Of a stretch of DNA of 64,000 bases, positions 44,477 through 54,814 are shown piece by piece (positions within the stretch are counted from its first letter, which is position 1; every line of letters starts with the position of its first letter). The notes under the pieces are model-generated. The model did not search any database, had not been told where the DNA came from, and was given only the letters and a program-made list of their open reading frames with translations. Origin of the DNA: an uncultured Lachnospiraceae bacterium (lineage in GTDB: Bacteria; Bacillota; Clostridia; Lachnospirales; Lachnospiraceae); NCBI GenBank assembly GCA_910588875.1, contig CAJURT010000019.1:281-64280 (forward strand), given 5' to 3'. The position numbers and the translations under genes are program-made.

Positions 44477-44805
44477 AGCCGGATCGTTGACCCAGAGAAA
44501 AAGCATAGTCTGTATCACTAAACCATATGGGGGAGTTCTGCGTCCGCCTGATGAAATCAGGCATACGGTCAAAGAATTTGACCAGCTGGTGGAGAAAACA
44601 CACCATTGTGATAAGGAATGCAGGATGGTCATGGAAGCCATTCCATAATGATACCCTCCATAGACAAGAGACACACGCCCTTGTCCATGGAGGGCATATC
44701 TGTTTAATAAAAAATATAAATAGGACAGTAAACCCTTTGGAATATAAAAGGCCGGAGGCGAGATATGTGCCGGTCTTTTTGCCGTGACGTAAACAGAAAT
44801 AAATT

Positions 44806-45996
44806 TTACAATTTAATCCCCTGAATCCCGGCCTCCTTTAGCAACGTCCCCCGCTCATTTTTCTGGGGACATTCCAGCACCAGTTCCAGAAGCCTCTGCA
44901 AAAGTTCTCCCATCTCTTTCCCTGGCTTTATCCCCGCCTCAATCAGATCCTGTCCGCTGACTGCCAGATGCTTTAAGTCCAGGCAGTCCCCTCGTTCCCG
45001 GATCTCTGCTGTCAGGCGTCGGATCGCCTCCCCACATCCATTCAGATCCAAAAGGGCATCCCACACCAGGGGGGACATCCCGCTCATCGCCCGGCGCACC
45101 CCGGCTGCCTCGGCCGGGATTTCCTTTCCTGCCCAAACAGCCAGTGTCCGCACCCGGTTGACCGTATCATTATCCAGCTTCAGATCCTTTAGCACCTGCA
45201 CTGCCGCCTCCGGGCCTGCCAGGCGCAAAAACGCCCCCCACCGCACATATTTCTCGGCAGAAAGCCCTGGCAACACCCGGAACCCCTCCCAGGGCAAGGC
45301 ATGGAAGGCCGGTGAAATATAAACGCTGATACCCGTCTCGTATACTTTGCAAATTTTTTCCGGATGATCCGAGCAAAGAAGTTTTGTCAGTTCCACCTGG
45401 ATCCGTTCCTTACTGACCCTGGCCATATTGGGTGCAATCTGCGTGATAGCGCCATAAGTCCGGCCCTCAATGGTAAAATTAAGCTGGGCAGAAAAACGGA
45501 TCGCCCTTAGAATACGCAGGGCATCCTCCCCAAACCGTTCCAGAGGATCCCCAACACAGCGGATAACCCCTTTTTCCAGATCCTCCATACCATGAAAGGC
45601 ATCCACAATCCCTGTCTCGTGGCTATAGGCCATGGCATTGATTGTGAAATCCCGCCGTTTTAAGTCCTCCACCAGTTCTGAGGTGAACGCCACCTGTTTT
45701 GGGTGGCGCCCGTCCTCATATTCACCGTCAATCCGGTAGGTCGTCACCTCATATCCCACATGGTCCATCAGGATAGTAACGGTACCATGCTGAATCCCGG
45801 TATCCACCGTCCGGGTAAACAGACCTTTCACTTCCTCTGGGCGGGCCGAGGTCGTGATATCCCAGTCCCCCGGCTGCCTCCCCAAAAGTGTATCCCGCAC
45901 ACAGCCGCCTACTGCATAGGCCTCAAAGCCCCCCTGCCTCAGCCTCCCAATGATCCGTTCCACCTGTGGCGGCATCGTGATCCTAAGCCTTTCCAT
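44806..45996 (-). CDS. cca: CCA tRNA nucleotidyltransferase
   Basis: GFEAYAVGGCVRDTLLGRQPGDWDITT, RRDFTINAMA and DALRILRAIRFSAQL motifs. Start set to the ATG at 45996 (MERLRITMPPQV). Confidence 0.88.
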   Translation of the reverse strand: MERLRITMPPQVERIIGRLRQGGFEAYAVGGCVRDTLLGRQPGDWDITTSARPEEVKGLFTRTVDTGIQHGTVTILMDHVGYEVTTYRIDGEYEDGRHPKQVAFTSELVEDLKRRDFTINAMAYSHETGIVDAFHGMEDLEKGVIRCVGDPLERFGEDALRILRAIRFSAQLNFTIEGRTYGAITQIAPNMARVSKERIQVELTKLLCSDHPEKICKVYETGISVYISPAFHALPWEGFRVLPGLSAEKYVRWGAFLRLAGPEAAVQVLKDLKLDNDTVNRVRTLAVWAGKEIPAEAAGVRRAMSGMSPLVWDALLDLNGCGEAIRRLTAEIRERGDCLDLKHLAVSGQDLIEAGIKPGKEMGELLQRLLELVLECPQKNERGTLLKEAGIQGIKL

Positions 45997-46075
45997 TCTG
46001 CCTCGTCCTCTCTCCAAGTGCCTGTCCGCTCTGTTTGGATAGCGGCTAACATGGCAAAAAGCGCGATGTTTTCCT

Positions 46076-47509
46076 TTAGTATGCCCTTCCCCAGTATACC
46101 ATTTTGGTTGCGGGTTTTCCGCAGCATACACATGTCTCCGAGAGTTTTTCCTGGGCAAAGGGCATGCAGCGGGAGGTCGCACCGGTCACTTCCCGGATCT
46201 TGTCCTCACATTCCCGGTTGCCGCACCACATGGCTTTTACAAAGCCCGGCTTTTCCTCTACCGTCTTCGTAAAGGTCTCAAAATCCGTGGCCTCATAGGT
46301 GTGGGCATCCCTGTGGGCCCTGGCACGTTCCAGCATATCCTTTTGGATCTGTTCCAGGAGTCCCTCCACCTTCTCTGTGATCTCATCCAGCGATACCACC
46401 AGCTTCTCATGGTTGTCCCGACGTACCAGCACTGCCTGGTTCTGTGCTATATCCTTCGGCCCGATCTCCACCCGCACCGGGATGCCGCGCATCTCGGATT
46501 CACTGAATTTCCAGCCCGGGCTCTTATCTGAGTCATCCACTTTCACCCGGAAACCGGAAAGGGCATCCCGGATGGCAAATGCCTTCTCCAGCACGCCTTC
46601 CTTCTTCTGCTGGATCGGTACCACCATCACCTGGGTCGGCGCAATCATTGGCGGCAGCACCAGCCCGCTGTCATCCCCATGAACCATGATAATGGCGCCG
46701 ATGATCCGGGTGGACATCCCCCAGGAGGTCTGATGCACATACTGCAGGGAGTTGTCCTTTGCCGCATACTGGATCTCAAAAGCCTTTGCAAACCCGTCAC
46801 CGAAGTTATGGCTGGTTCCGGACTGCAGCGCCTTCCCGTCATGCATCAGAGCCTCGATTGTATAGGTCGCCTCTGCCCCTGCAAACTTTTCCTTGTCGGT
46901 TTTCTGCCCCCGGATCACAGGGATTGCCAAGACTTCTTCGCAGAAATCCGCATATACATTCAGCATCTGCTCTGTGCGTTCCTGGGCCTCCTGAGCCGTG
47001 GCATGGGCAGTATGGCCCTCCTGCCACAAAAACTCCCGGGAACGCAGGAAAGGCCGGGTTGTCTTCTCCCATCTCACCACCGAGCACCACTGATTATACA
47101 CCTTGGGCAGATCCCGGTAGGAATGGATGTCACGGGCATAAAAATCGCAGAAAAGGGTCTCTGAGGTAGGGCGCACGCACATCCTCTCCTGCAGTTCTTC
47201 CAGGCCTCCGTGGGTCACCCATGCCACCTCCGGGGCAAAGCCCTCCACATGGTCTTTTTCCTTCTGAAGCAGTCCCTCCGGGATAAACATGGGCATGTAA
47301 ACATTTTCCACCCCTGTCTCCTTAAAACGTTTATCCAGTTCTTTCTGGATATTCTCCCACAAGGCATATCCCGCTGGCTTGATGACCATACACCCCTTCA
47401 CGCTGGCATAATCACATAGTTCTGCCTTCTTCACCACATCCGTATACCACTGGGCAAAATCCTCCCCCATGGATGTGATTGCCTCCACCAGTTTCTTCTC
47501 GCTAGCCAT
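46076..47509 (-). CDS. proS: proline--tRNA ligase (archaeal/eukaryote-like type II form)
   Basis: 477 aa. [14 protein letters not shown], class II motifs ([27 protein letters not shown]) and a C-terminal zinc-binding domain ([10 protein letters not shown]...CVCCGKPA). Confidence 0.93.
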   Translation of the reverse strand: MASEKKLVEAITSMGEDFAQWYTDVVKKAELCDYASVKGCMVIKPAGYALWENIQKELDKRFKETGVENVYMPMFIPEGLLQKEKDHVEGFAPEVAWVTHGGLEELQERMCVRPTSETLFCDFYARDIHSYRDLPKVYNQWCSVVRWEKTTRPFLRSREFLWQEGHTAHATAQEAQERTEQMLNVYADFCEEVLAIPVIRGQKTDKEKFAGAEATYTIEALMHDGKALQSGTSHNFGDGFAKAFEIQYAAKDNSLQYVHQTSWGMSTRIIGAIIMVHGDDSGLVLPPMIAPTQVMVVPIQQKKEGVLEKAFAIRDALSGFRVKVDDSDKSPGWKFSESEMRGIPVRVEIGPKDIAQNQAVLVRRDNHEKLVVSLDEITEKVEGLLEQIQKDMLERARAHRDAHTYEATDFETFTKTVEEKPGFVKAMWCGNRECEDKIREVTGATSRCMPFAQEKLSETCVCCGKPATKMVYWGRAY

Positions 47510-47559
47510 AATAATCTCCTTTTATCACACATGATTTTTCCTAAAACCCAAAGCCCTCT

Positions 47560-48768
47560 TTACCCTGCAAACACATACTTCTCCAGACGTCTGAATGCCT
47601 CCTGCACCCGGGAAAGGGGCAGCGCAAGATTCATGCGGATGGCATTTTGCCCATGGAACATCCGGCCATCCTGCCATGCCACGCCCACATCCCATCCTGC
47701 CTTTAGCAATTCATCGATGGTCTTTTCATGGGATCTGAGCCATTCCGTACAATCCAAAAATAACATATATGTCCCTTCCGGCTTCGCCACCTGCACGCCG
47801 GGGAAATGTTCGTGGATAAACCCACATGCATATTCCACATTCTCCGTTATCACCTGGCGCAGTTCATCCACCCACACATGCCCCTCCGGCCCATACGCCC
47901 CGATCAGTGCATGCATGCTGAGCACATTCATGGAGTTATAGTGAGACTTGCTGCCCTGGGCTTCCACCCGCTCCCGCAGGTATTTGTTGTAAATGATATG
48001 GTATGCCCCAATCATCCCCGCCAAATTAAAAGTCTTTGACGGCGCATACAAGGCAACCGTGCGGCTCCTGGCATCCGCATTCAGCATCTGCAGCGGAATA
48101 TGGCAGTTCCCCTTCAGGATAATATCCGACCAAATTTCATCTGAGATTACCATGCAGTCATTGGCCTGGTACACCTCCATCGCCTGTTCCAGTTCCTCCC
48201 GCTCCCAGACACGCCCACAGGGATTAAAGGGATTGCAGAACACTGCCACATGGATTTTGTTCTCCTTGATCTTGGCGTCCATATCTTCATAATCCATCCG
48301 CCATACCCCTGCCTCATCCAGCCTTAGCGGACTGTGGACAATCCTCCTGCCGCTATTTAAAATACTTTTGGTAAAACCAATATAAGTAGGGCTGTGGAGG
48401 AGCACCGCATCTCCCGGCGCCGAAAATGTCTCCAGCACTGACACCAGGCCGCCCAGCACGCCGTTCTCATAGCCAATGCACTCCCGGGTCAGCCCAACCA
48501 CCCCATTGCGCTTTTCCTGCCAGTCAATAATCGCATCAAAATAGGCATCGCTGGGATTAAAATAACCAAAAGCCGGATGGTTCACCCGGTCAATGATTGC
48601 CTCCTGGATCGCCGGGAGCACCGGGAAATTCATATCTGCCACCCACATTGGGATCACATCAAAACCTTCCTTCGGGGCTTCCGGTGCAGAACCGCCGCCC
48701 CCCAGCCCGTCTACCGCCAGGGAGTCCTTCCCCCGCCGGTCAAGAATGGAAGTAAAATCGTATTTCAT
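47560..48768 (-). CDS. MalY/PatB-family PLP-dependent C-S lyase (cystathionine beta-lyase type aminotransferase)
   Basis: 402 aa. MWVADMNFP, NPFNPCGRVW and PLP-lysine context YAPSKTFNLAGM. Confidence 0.8.
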   Translation of the reverse strand: MKYDFTSILDRRGKDSLAVDGLGGGGSAPEAPKEGFDVIPMWVADMNFPVLPAIQEAIIDRVNHPAFGYFNPSDAYFDAIIDWQEKRNGVVGLTRECIGYENGVLGGLVSVLETFSAPGDAVLLHSPTYIGFTKSILNSGRRIVHSPLRLDEAGVWRMDYEDMDAKIKENKIHVAVFCNPFNPCGRVWEREELEQAMEVYQANDCMVISDEIWSDIILKGNCHIPLQMLNADARSRTVALYAPSKTFNLAGMIGAYHIIYNKYLRERVEAQGSKSHYNSMNVLSMHALIGAYGPEGHVWVDELRQVITENVEYACGFIHEHFPGVQVAKPEGTYMLFLDCTEWLRSHEKTIDELLKAGWDVGVAWQDGRMFHGQNAIRMNLALPLSRVQEAFRRLEKYVFAG

Positions 48769-48786
48769 ATCAGAACTCCTCCTCTT

Positions 48787-49788
48787 TCATCCTTCCGCCT
48801 GGGGCGGTATCACGTAAAAAGAATACTCAATATCCTGGGCGGCATCGATGTGCCAGGAAGCCTCCACATCACTTCCCCAGCTGTCAATCCCCCCAATTCC
48901 GCGGACGGCGCCCAGGATGCAGACCACCGTCCTGCGTGGCAGCGGCAGTTCTTCCTGATGGGTGGCGTTCTCCAGTTCCTCCGCCGTATACGGCAGGCAC
49001 GAAAATGCAAACGGCTCTTTTGCCTTCCCGAAAGTAAGGGAAAAGGGCACTGCCTCCTCCCCTTCTTTTCTCTCGTTTGCCAGCACCGATGAACGGTATA
49101 CTGTCAAACTCTCCGTATCCATATGCATCCCGCAATCCTGGGGAACCAGGTAAGGAGTCACCGGAAGGCCATCCACCCTCCACTCTCCCCTGATGCCGCC
49201 TGCCATCCTGTCGGGGTATGTCTCACCAGACAGCCCGGTATAACAGTATCCCTCCGCCCTGGTAGGCATAATGAACCGCATCCCGAACACTGGCAGCTGG
49301 GGAAGCCCTTCCTTTCCATAATAATGGGCATCCACCCGGATTTTCCCTGTCCTCTCTACCGTATAGGAAATTTCCACCTCGGTCTCCGGCACGGTGGCCG
49401 TGGAATATACAAATACCACCTGTAATGTTTCCGCCTTTACCTCCCCGGCAAAACGGTTGTTGCCCGGCGCCATAAACCGGGGAACCTCCTGGCCATCCAC
49501 CTGCACCCGGATTTCCTTTGTCCGCAGAAACATGTCTGCCCCCAGCCACATGGCAGATCTCCACGGGAACCCGCAGCCACGGTCATTGTCCGTAACCGCC
49601 CGCCAGAAGGTAGGCTTTGGCGCCCGGTATAGCCATTCCCGGCCATTTACCACCATTGATTCCAACCCTCCGGCCTGGTAGGAAAACAGATATTCAAAAC
49701 CTGTCCCATGTACCCCCAGCACCACATCGCCAAACACGATCCCCAGGCTCTCCGCCCGTTCTGTTTTCTCATCCCTGGTACAATCCAT
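48787..49788 (-). CDS. lacM: beta-galactosidase small subunit (LacM type, GH2 C-terminal domain)
   Basis: 333 aa. GVHGTGFEYLFSYQAGGLESMVVNGREWLYRAPKPTFWRAVTDNDRG. Overlaps the large-subunit gene by 20 nt. Confidence 0.85.
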   Translation of the reverse strand: MDCTRDEKTERAESLGIVFGDVVLGVHGTGFEYLFSYQAGGLESMVVNGREWLYRAPKPTFWRAVTDNDRGCGFPWRSAMWLGADMFLRTKEIRVQVDGQEVPRFMAPGNNRFAGEVKAETLQVVFVYSTATVPETEVEISYTVERTGKIRVDAHYYGKEGLPQLPVFGMRFIMPTRAEGYCYTGLSGETYPDRMAGGIRGEWRVDGLPVTPYLVPQDCGMHMDTESLTVYRSSVLANERKEGEEAVPFSLTFGKAKEPFAFSCLPYTAEELENATHQEELPLPRRTVVCILGAVRGIGGIDSWGSDVEASWHIDAAQDIEYSFYVIPPQAEG

Positions 49789-51682
49789 AATAATGCTTCA
49801 CCTCCTGCATGGCCGGCTTTGGCGTCCTGTCCGCAAATAAAATCCCATTGCCGGAAAATTCGTAATCCGAAGGGCGGTCGTCAAAATCCCCGCCATAGCG
49901 CAGTACTTCTCTCCCTGTCACCTCATCCTTCACCCACAGCGCCTGGTCGATAAAATCCCAGATAAACCCGCCCTGGTATCCTTCATACCGATCCAGCAAT
50001 GCCATATAGGACTGCATTCCCCCCAGGGAGTTACCCATATCATGCATATATTCGCAGACAATAAACGGCTTTTTTCCGTTTTCCTTAAAATACCGTTCTA
50101 TCTCCCAGGGAGGCGCATACATCTGGCTTTCCATATCGGAGATCCTGTCCTCATAGGCCCGGTTATGGAATACGCCTTCATAATGAACCAGGCGCCCGTC
50201 ATTTTTCTCTTTTAAATATTGCTGCATCTGCCAGATATTATCCCCCGCAAAGGACTCATTCCCCAGAGACCAGAACAGAACCGACACATGGTTTTTCAAT
50301 GTCTCAAAATTTGTCCGCATCCGGTCCAGCACCGCCTCACGCCACTGCGGAATACTCCCCGGCACATTCCAGCTGGGCTCGTCCTGTCCCTTTTTCTGCC
50401 AGGAGCCATGTGATTCTAAGTTTGTCTCCGCCATCACATAGATCCCCTCCCGGTCACACATGCCATACCAGGGAAGCTGGTTTGGGTAATGGCATGTCCG
50501 TACACTGTTAATATTATTTTCATGGAAACATGCCAGATCCGCTTCCATGTCCTCCCTGCCGATCACCCGCCCGGTATGGGCATTCCACTCATGGCGGTTG
50601 ACCCCATTTAAGATCAGGCGCCTCCCATTCAGCTTCATAATACCGTCTTCCAGGACAATCCGCCGGAAACCAATCTCATAAGGGACAATCTCAACCAGCT
50701 GCCCGTCCCCTGACAAAAGACGGATCTCCAGGCGGTAAAGGTAGGGATGGCCGTGGTCCCACACCTGCACCTCCCCCAGCTGCTGCGCCTCCATGCATAT
50801 GGCCTCAGCCGCGGGAAATGGCTGCTCCAGCAACACCTTTCCAAAGGCATCCTTAAGCGCCACCAAAACCCTATAGCCCTCCCATCCTCCTGGCATTTCC
50901 TTTACTGAGAGTTTCAGTTCCACCCCCAACTCACCGGATCTGCCGTCCTCCTTAAGTACCGGCCTGGCCCACAAATCTTCCACGTGGATCTCTGGCTTGG
51001 CATACAAAACCACATCCCGGAAAATACCAGAAAACCGGAAAAAGTCCTGATCCTCCAGATACGCCGCCGTGGAACGCTTGTGCACCTCCACCGCCAATAT
51101 ATTCCCCTTCTCCCTGATATAAGGGGTCAGATCAAAATCCGACGGAGTAAAGCTGTCCTCCGCATACCCCACAAACCGGCCGTTGAGCCACACGTACAAT
51201 GCCTGCTCCACCCCCTGGAAGGATATGCATACCCGCTTGCCCAAAAGCCCCTCATCCAAATCAAATTCCCGGCGGTAAGACCCTACCGGGTTATACTCCG
51301 CCCCGGAAAACTGCCCCGGCTGTGCCCCTAAACCCTCCAGGGAATAGGCCGGCCGGCGGTACAGATGCCCCTCCCAGGGATACATCGTGTTAATATAATG
51401 GATCCGGTCATATCCTGCCAGTTCCATATGGCAGGGAACCGGAATCCTCCCAAAACCACTGCAGTCAAAATCTTCCCTGTAAAAGCCTTCCGGACGCTGT
51501 GCGGCATTCTTGGACCAGTAAAACTGCCACTCCCCATTCAAAGACTGATACAAACGCCCTTCCTCCTGCCTGCAATCCTCCTCCGTCCCATAAAATCGAT
51601 GGTCTGAATGCGCTGGCAGGACATTGACGCGGAATACTTCAGGATCATCCAGCCAGCCTAACTCTGGTTTTATGACAGACAT
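49769..51682 (-). CDS. lacL: beta-galactosidase large subunit (LacL type, GH2)
   Basis: WLDDPEVFRVNVLPAHSDHRFY, NGVNRHEW, catalytic WSLGNES and ICEYMHDMGNS-type motif (VCEYMHDMGNSLG). Start set to the ATG at 51682 (GAGAGGAGAA upstream); the track start is 51724. Confidence 0.88.
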   Translation of the reverse strand: MSVIKPELGWLDDPEVFRVNVLPAHSDHRFYGTEEDCRQEEGRLYQSLNGEWQFYWSKNAAQRPEGFYREDFDCSGFGRIPVPCHMELAGYDRIHYINTMYPWEGHLYRRPAYSLEGLGAQPGQFSGAEYNPVGSYRREFDLDEGLLGKRVCISFQGVEQALYVWLNGRFVGYAEDSFTPSDFDLTPYIREKGNILAVEVHKRSTAAYLEDQDFFRFSGIFRDVVLYAKPEIHVEDLWARPVLKEDGRSGELGVELKLSVKEMPGGWEGYRVLVALKDAFGKVLLEQPFPAAEAICMEAQQLGEVQVWDHGHPYLYRLEIRLLSGDGQLVEIVPYEIGFRRIVLEDGIMKLNGRRLILNGVNRHEWNAHTGRVIGREDMEADLACFHENNINSVRTCHYPNQLPWYGMCDREGIYVMAETNLESHGSWQKKGQDEPSWNVPGSIPQWREAVLDRMRTNFETLKNHVSVLFWSLGNESFAGDNIWQMQQYLKEKNDGRLVHYEGVFHNRAYEDRISDMESQMYAPPWEIERYFKENGKKPFIVCEYMHDMGNSLGGMQSYMALLDRYEGYQGGFIWDFIDQALWVKDEVTGREVLRYGGDFDDRPSDYEFSGNGILFADRTPKPAMQEVKHYYGLYQG

Positions 51683-51910
51683 CTTTTTGGTTCTCCTCTC
51701 TTTCTCTTTCCATTCATCTGCCATTATATGTCATTTTGCCTGTTTTTACAAGGTGAAGTTAAAGGGACAAACACGCGCTTAAGACTCCCTTTTCGGATAC
51801 CTGCGCTCCGTTCGTCCCCCCTCCTAAACGAAAAAATAACGCCAGCACTTTCTATCTTTCATGGCCTAAAGATAGAAAGACTGACGCTTATCCCCTTGTC
51901 CACAGAGGGC

Positions 51911-52660
51911 TTATCCCTGAATAAACCGGCTCAAAAACTCCTGTGTCTTCGCCTTTTTCGGGTTTCCGAAGATCTCCTCCGGGCTTCCCTCTTCTTCAAT
52001 CACCCCGTCCGCCATGAACACCACATGGCTGGATACGTCCCGGGCAAATGCCATCTCATGGGTCACGATGATCATCGTGATCCCCTCCCTGGCAAGTGTC
52101 CGCATTACCGCCAGCACTTCTCCCACCATCTGGGGATCCAGGGCTGAGGTCGGCTCGTCAAACAGCAGGACCTCCGGCTCCATGGCCAGGGCACGGGCAA
52201 TCGCCACCCGCTGCTTCTGCCCGCCGGAGATCTGCCGCGGCTTGGCATTGATGTAGGGCGCCATGCCAACCTTTTCCAGATAGCGCATGGCATTTTTCTT
52301 CGCCTCTTCCCTGCCCTTCTTAAGGACTTTTGTCTGGCCGACCATGCAGTTTTCCAGCACGGTCATATTGTTAAACAGGTTAAAACTCTGGAACACCATG
52401 CCCACCCGGGAACGATAAGCCGGTACGTTGACGCCATGATCTGTGATATCCTTCTCATGGTACAAAATCTCCCCTGTCGTCGGCGTTTCCAACATATTGA
52501 TGCACCGCAGAAGCGTGGATTTCCCGGATCCGGAAGCGCCGATGATACAGGTCACGTCCCCGGTGTCCACCTGGAAATCAATGTCCCGCAGCACCACATG
52601 TTTCCCGAAGGCCTTGCTTAAGTGGCGCACCTCCAACACATGTCCGTTCTCAGCCATCAT
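51911..52660 (-). CDS. polar amino-acid ABC transporter ATP-binding protein
   Basis: Walker [10 protein letters not shown], signature [15 protein letters not shown], Walker [12 protein letters not shown]. Confidence 0.93.
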   Translation of the reverse strand: MMAENGHVLEVRHLSKAFGKHVVLRDIDFQVDTGDVTCIIGASGSGKSTLLRCINMLETPTTGEILYHEKDITDHGVNVPAYRSRVGMVFQSFNLFNNMTVLENCMVGQTKVLKKGREEAKKNAMRYLEKVGMAPYINAKPRQISGGQKQRVAIARALAMEPEVLLFDEPTSALDPQMVGEVLAVMRTLAREGITMIIVTHEMAFARDVSSHVVFMADGVIEEEGSPEEIFGNPKKAKTQEFLSRFIQG

Positions 52661-53448
52661 TTCCCCTCCTTCTTCTCATCCGGGTACTTGTACATCCCGC
52701 TGGTATGCGCCAGGGTGTCTGTTGTCGCTAAGTCATAATTATCCGAGCCATCCATCCGGTTCTCCATCCAGCGCAGGATCCGGGAACAGGTAAAGGTCAT
52801 GACAAAGTACACGATCATGGTTATGGTATAGGTCTCAAAATTCATGTAAAGCGCTCCGGCCGCTGCCTTTGTCTTATACAGCAGTTCCGCCACGCCGATC
52901 ACGGAAAGGACACAGCTGTCCTTAATGTTGATAATCAGGTTGTTGCCGATCTGGGGCATGATGTTACGCAGGGCCTGGGGCAGGATCACATACAGCATCA
53001 GCTGCACATGAGTCATACCGATGGCCTTGGCCCCCTCTGTCTGGCCAGAATCAATCGAAAGAATCCCTCCCCGGACCGTCTCTGCCATGTAAGCCCCTGT
53101 ATTGATGGACAGGATAAAATATGCCGACTGCCGCATGGAGGGATTAAAACCCATCAGCGGAAACAGGCCATAATAAATAAACATCGCCTGAGCCATCATA
53201 GGCGTGCCCCGGAAAAATTCCACATAGGCATTCAAGATCAGCTTCACCAGCCATAACCCGCCTTTTTTCACCGGATTATCCTTCTGCTGTGTGGGAATCG
53301 TCTGCACGATTCCCACGGCAAAGCCAATGATACATCCAATTAAAGTCCCCACCAACGCAATCTGCAGGCTGACTCCCGCACCTTGCAGCATCGACATTCC
53401 ATAGCGTTCAAACACCGCCATCACGCGGCCAAGAAAATCTGTTGGCAT
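52657..53448 (-). CDS. amino-acid ABC transporter permease (His/Glu/Gln/Arg type)
   Basis: 263 aa. [18 protein letters not shown] and EAA-loop-like [23 protein letters not shown]. Confidence 0.9.
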   Translation of the reverse strand: MPTDFLGRVMAVFERYGMSMLQGAGVSLQIALVGTLIGCIIGFAVGIVQTIPTQQKDNPVKKGGLWLVKLILNAYVEFFRGTPMMAQAMFIYYGLFPLMGFNPSMRQSAYFILSINTGAYMAETVRGGILSIDSGQTEGAKAIGMTHVQLMLYVILPQALRNIMPQIGNNLIINIKDSCVLSVIGVAELLYKTKAAAGALYMNFETYTITMIVYFVMTFTCSRILRWMENRMDGSDNYDLATTDTLAHTSGMYKYPDEKKEGK

Positions 53449-53498
53449 ATTCCTTTCTCCTTAGCAGCCGGGTATCCCGGCATATTCCTGAATGTGTC

Positions 53499-54434
53499 TT
53501 AATTCGCCAGAGGCTGAACTGAGATCGCCTCATCCATCATTTCGGAAAAATCATCCTTCGTCATCTTGCCAAGAACGCTGTCAATGGCTGTCTTTAACTC
53601 GGTATTGCCCTTTTTGATGGAAATGCCGATATTGATGTCCTCTTCTGTCACCTGGAAATCATCCTCGCCGCCGCCGAACTCCAGCATTACAAAATCCGGA
53701 TAAGCCACCAGGGCGCCCTTGCCGGTCGGCTGATCCGTAACCACCAGATCGCATTTATCTGCGTTTAAAGACATCAGCATGTCCGGTGCGCTCGCTGTAG
53801 CTGCCAGGATATTGGCATCCTCAATCTGCGGCAGGCAGTTCTGATACCAGATCGTGCTCTGCTGGGAGGTGCAGGTGGCACCGGCCAGATCTGCCACGCT
53901 CTTGGCATTCTCATATTTACTGCCTTTCTTCACCAGGGTAACAATCGAAGCATAATAGTAGGGCTCACTGAAATCCACTGCCTGAAGCCGCTCTGCCGTT
54001 ATCGACTGGCCGGCAATGACACAATCCGCCTGTCCGCTCTGCAGCGCCGGGATCAGGGAATCCCAGTCCAGACGGACAATCTGCAGATCATAGTCCAACT
54101 CCTCACAGATCTTCTTTGCCATCATCACATCATATCCATAAGCAAACTCATTGCTGTCTGCGATGGGAACCGCCCCGTTGGCATCATCCGGCTGGCTCCA
54201 GTTATAGGGTGCATAAGCGCACTCCATGGCTACCCGAAGCACCTTCTTCTCCCCGGATTCCTCCGTATCGCCGGACTCTGCCTTCGCCTCTTCCTTCGCT
54301 GCCTCGCTCCCTGCCGCCTCATTGCCTGCAGCCGCCTTCGTCTCCGGGGCACTGCCGCCCCCGCAGGCGCTTAAGGAAAGCAGTGTCACTGCCGCCATCG
54401 CCAATGCTGCCAACTGTCTTGCTGTCTTTTTCAT
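53499..54434 (-). CDS. amino-acid ABC transporter substrate-binding lipoprotein
   Basis: Lipobox LLSLSACGG, an Ala/Glu-rich linker, then a family-3 SBP fold (GYDVMMAKKICEEL, DCVIAGQSIT). Confidence 0.88.
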   Translation of the reverse strand: MKKTARQLAALAMAAVTLLSLSACGGGSAPETKAAAGNEAAGSEAAKEEAKAESGDTEESGEKKVLRVAMECAYAPYNWSQPDDANGAVPIADSNEFAYGYDVMMAKKICEELDYDLQIVRLDWDSLIPALQSGQADCVIAGQSITAERLQAVDFSEPYYYASIVTLVKKGSKYENAKSVADLAGATCTSQQSTIWYQNCLPQIEDANILAATASAPDMLMSLNADKCDLVVTDQPTGKGALVAYPDFVMLEFGGGEDDFQVTEEDINIGISIKKGNTELKTAIDSVLGKMTKDDFSEMMDEAISVQPLAN

Positions 54435-54486
54435 AATTTTCCTCTCCTTTTGTTAAAATAAAAGCTTTCTTGTGAAGGTGATATCA

Positions 54487-54560
54487 CAAAAAGAAGCCCC
54501 ATCAAGGTTTCAGGCTTCTTTGCTCTGCCTCATTTTACTATGGATGCTACTGTTTGTCAA
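54487..54560 (-). promoter_or_regulatory. candidate promoter plus leader hairpin/U-run upstream of the amino-acid ABC operon
   Basis: On the minus strand: TTGACA (54555-54560), 17 nt, TAAAAT (54532-54537). This is followed by AGAAGCC...GGCTTCT and TTTTT (54487-54520), about 50 nt before the RBS. Confidence 0.4.
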
Positions 54561-54598
54561 TTGCAAACAAAAGCAATTTGCCTGGAAAAGGTCATCCC

Positions 54599-54813
54599 GT
54601 TACTGTTCACCCCCAATGTCAGTAAGTTAGGTTGTTCCAAAGGGTTCGCGAAGCACAGCTAAGGAAACGGGGAGAGAAGCCATCGGAAAGGGTTTGCTGC
54701 TTTTTCCGGTTTCGAGATCAAGAATTCCTAAAATTTCCGATGGCTTCTCTCCCCGTTTCCTTGGCTGTGCTTCGCGAACCCTTAACTTACTGACATTGCC
54801 TGTGAACAGTAAC
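54599..54813. repeat. 215-bp imperfect palindrome (arms of 91 and 80 nt, 44-nt loop)
   Basis: I derived the reverse complement of 54734-54813 by hand. It equals 54599-54689 except for a 3-nt mismatch, an 11-nt insertion (GGTTGTTCCAA) and one transition. Confidence 0.9.
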
Positions 54814-54814
54814 G

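Noticed and set aside
44258-44674. Full 138-aa minus-strand ORF
   Set aside because: The N-terminal 66 codons run through a 15-bp-stem hairpin, have no RBS and have odd composition. Only the C-terminal CxxCxGxG-rich 72 codons look like a gene.
47510-47559. T-box leader upstream of proS
   Set aside because: Only 50 nt separate proS from the upstream gene. That is too short for a T-box, and I saw no specifier or antiterminator elements.
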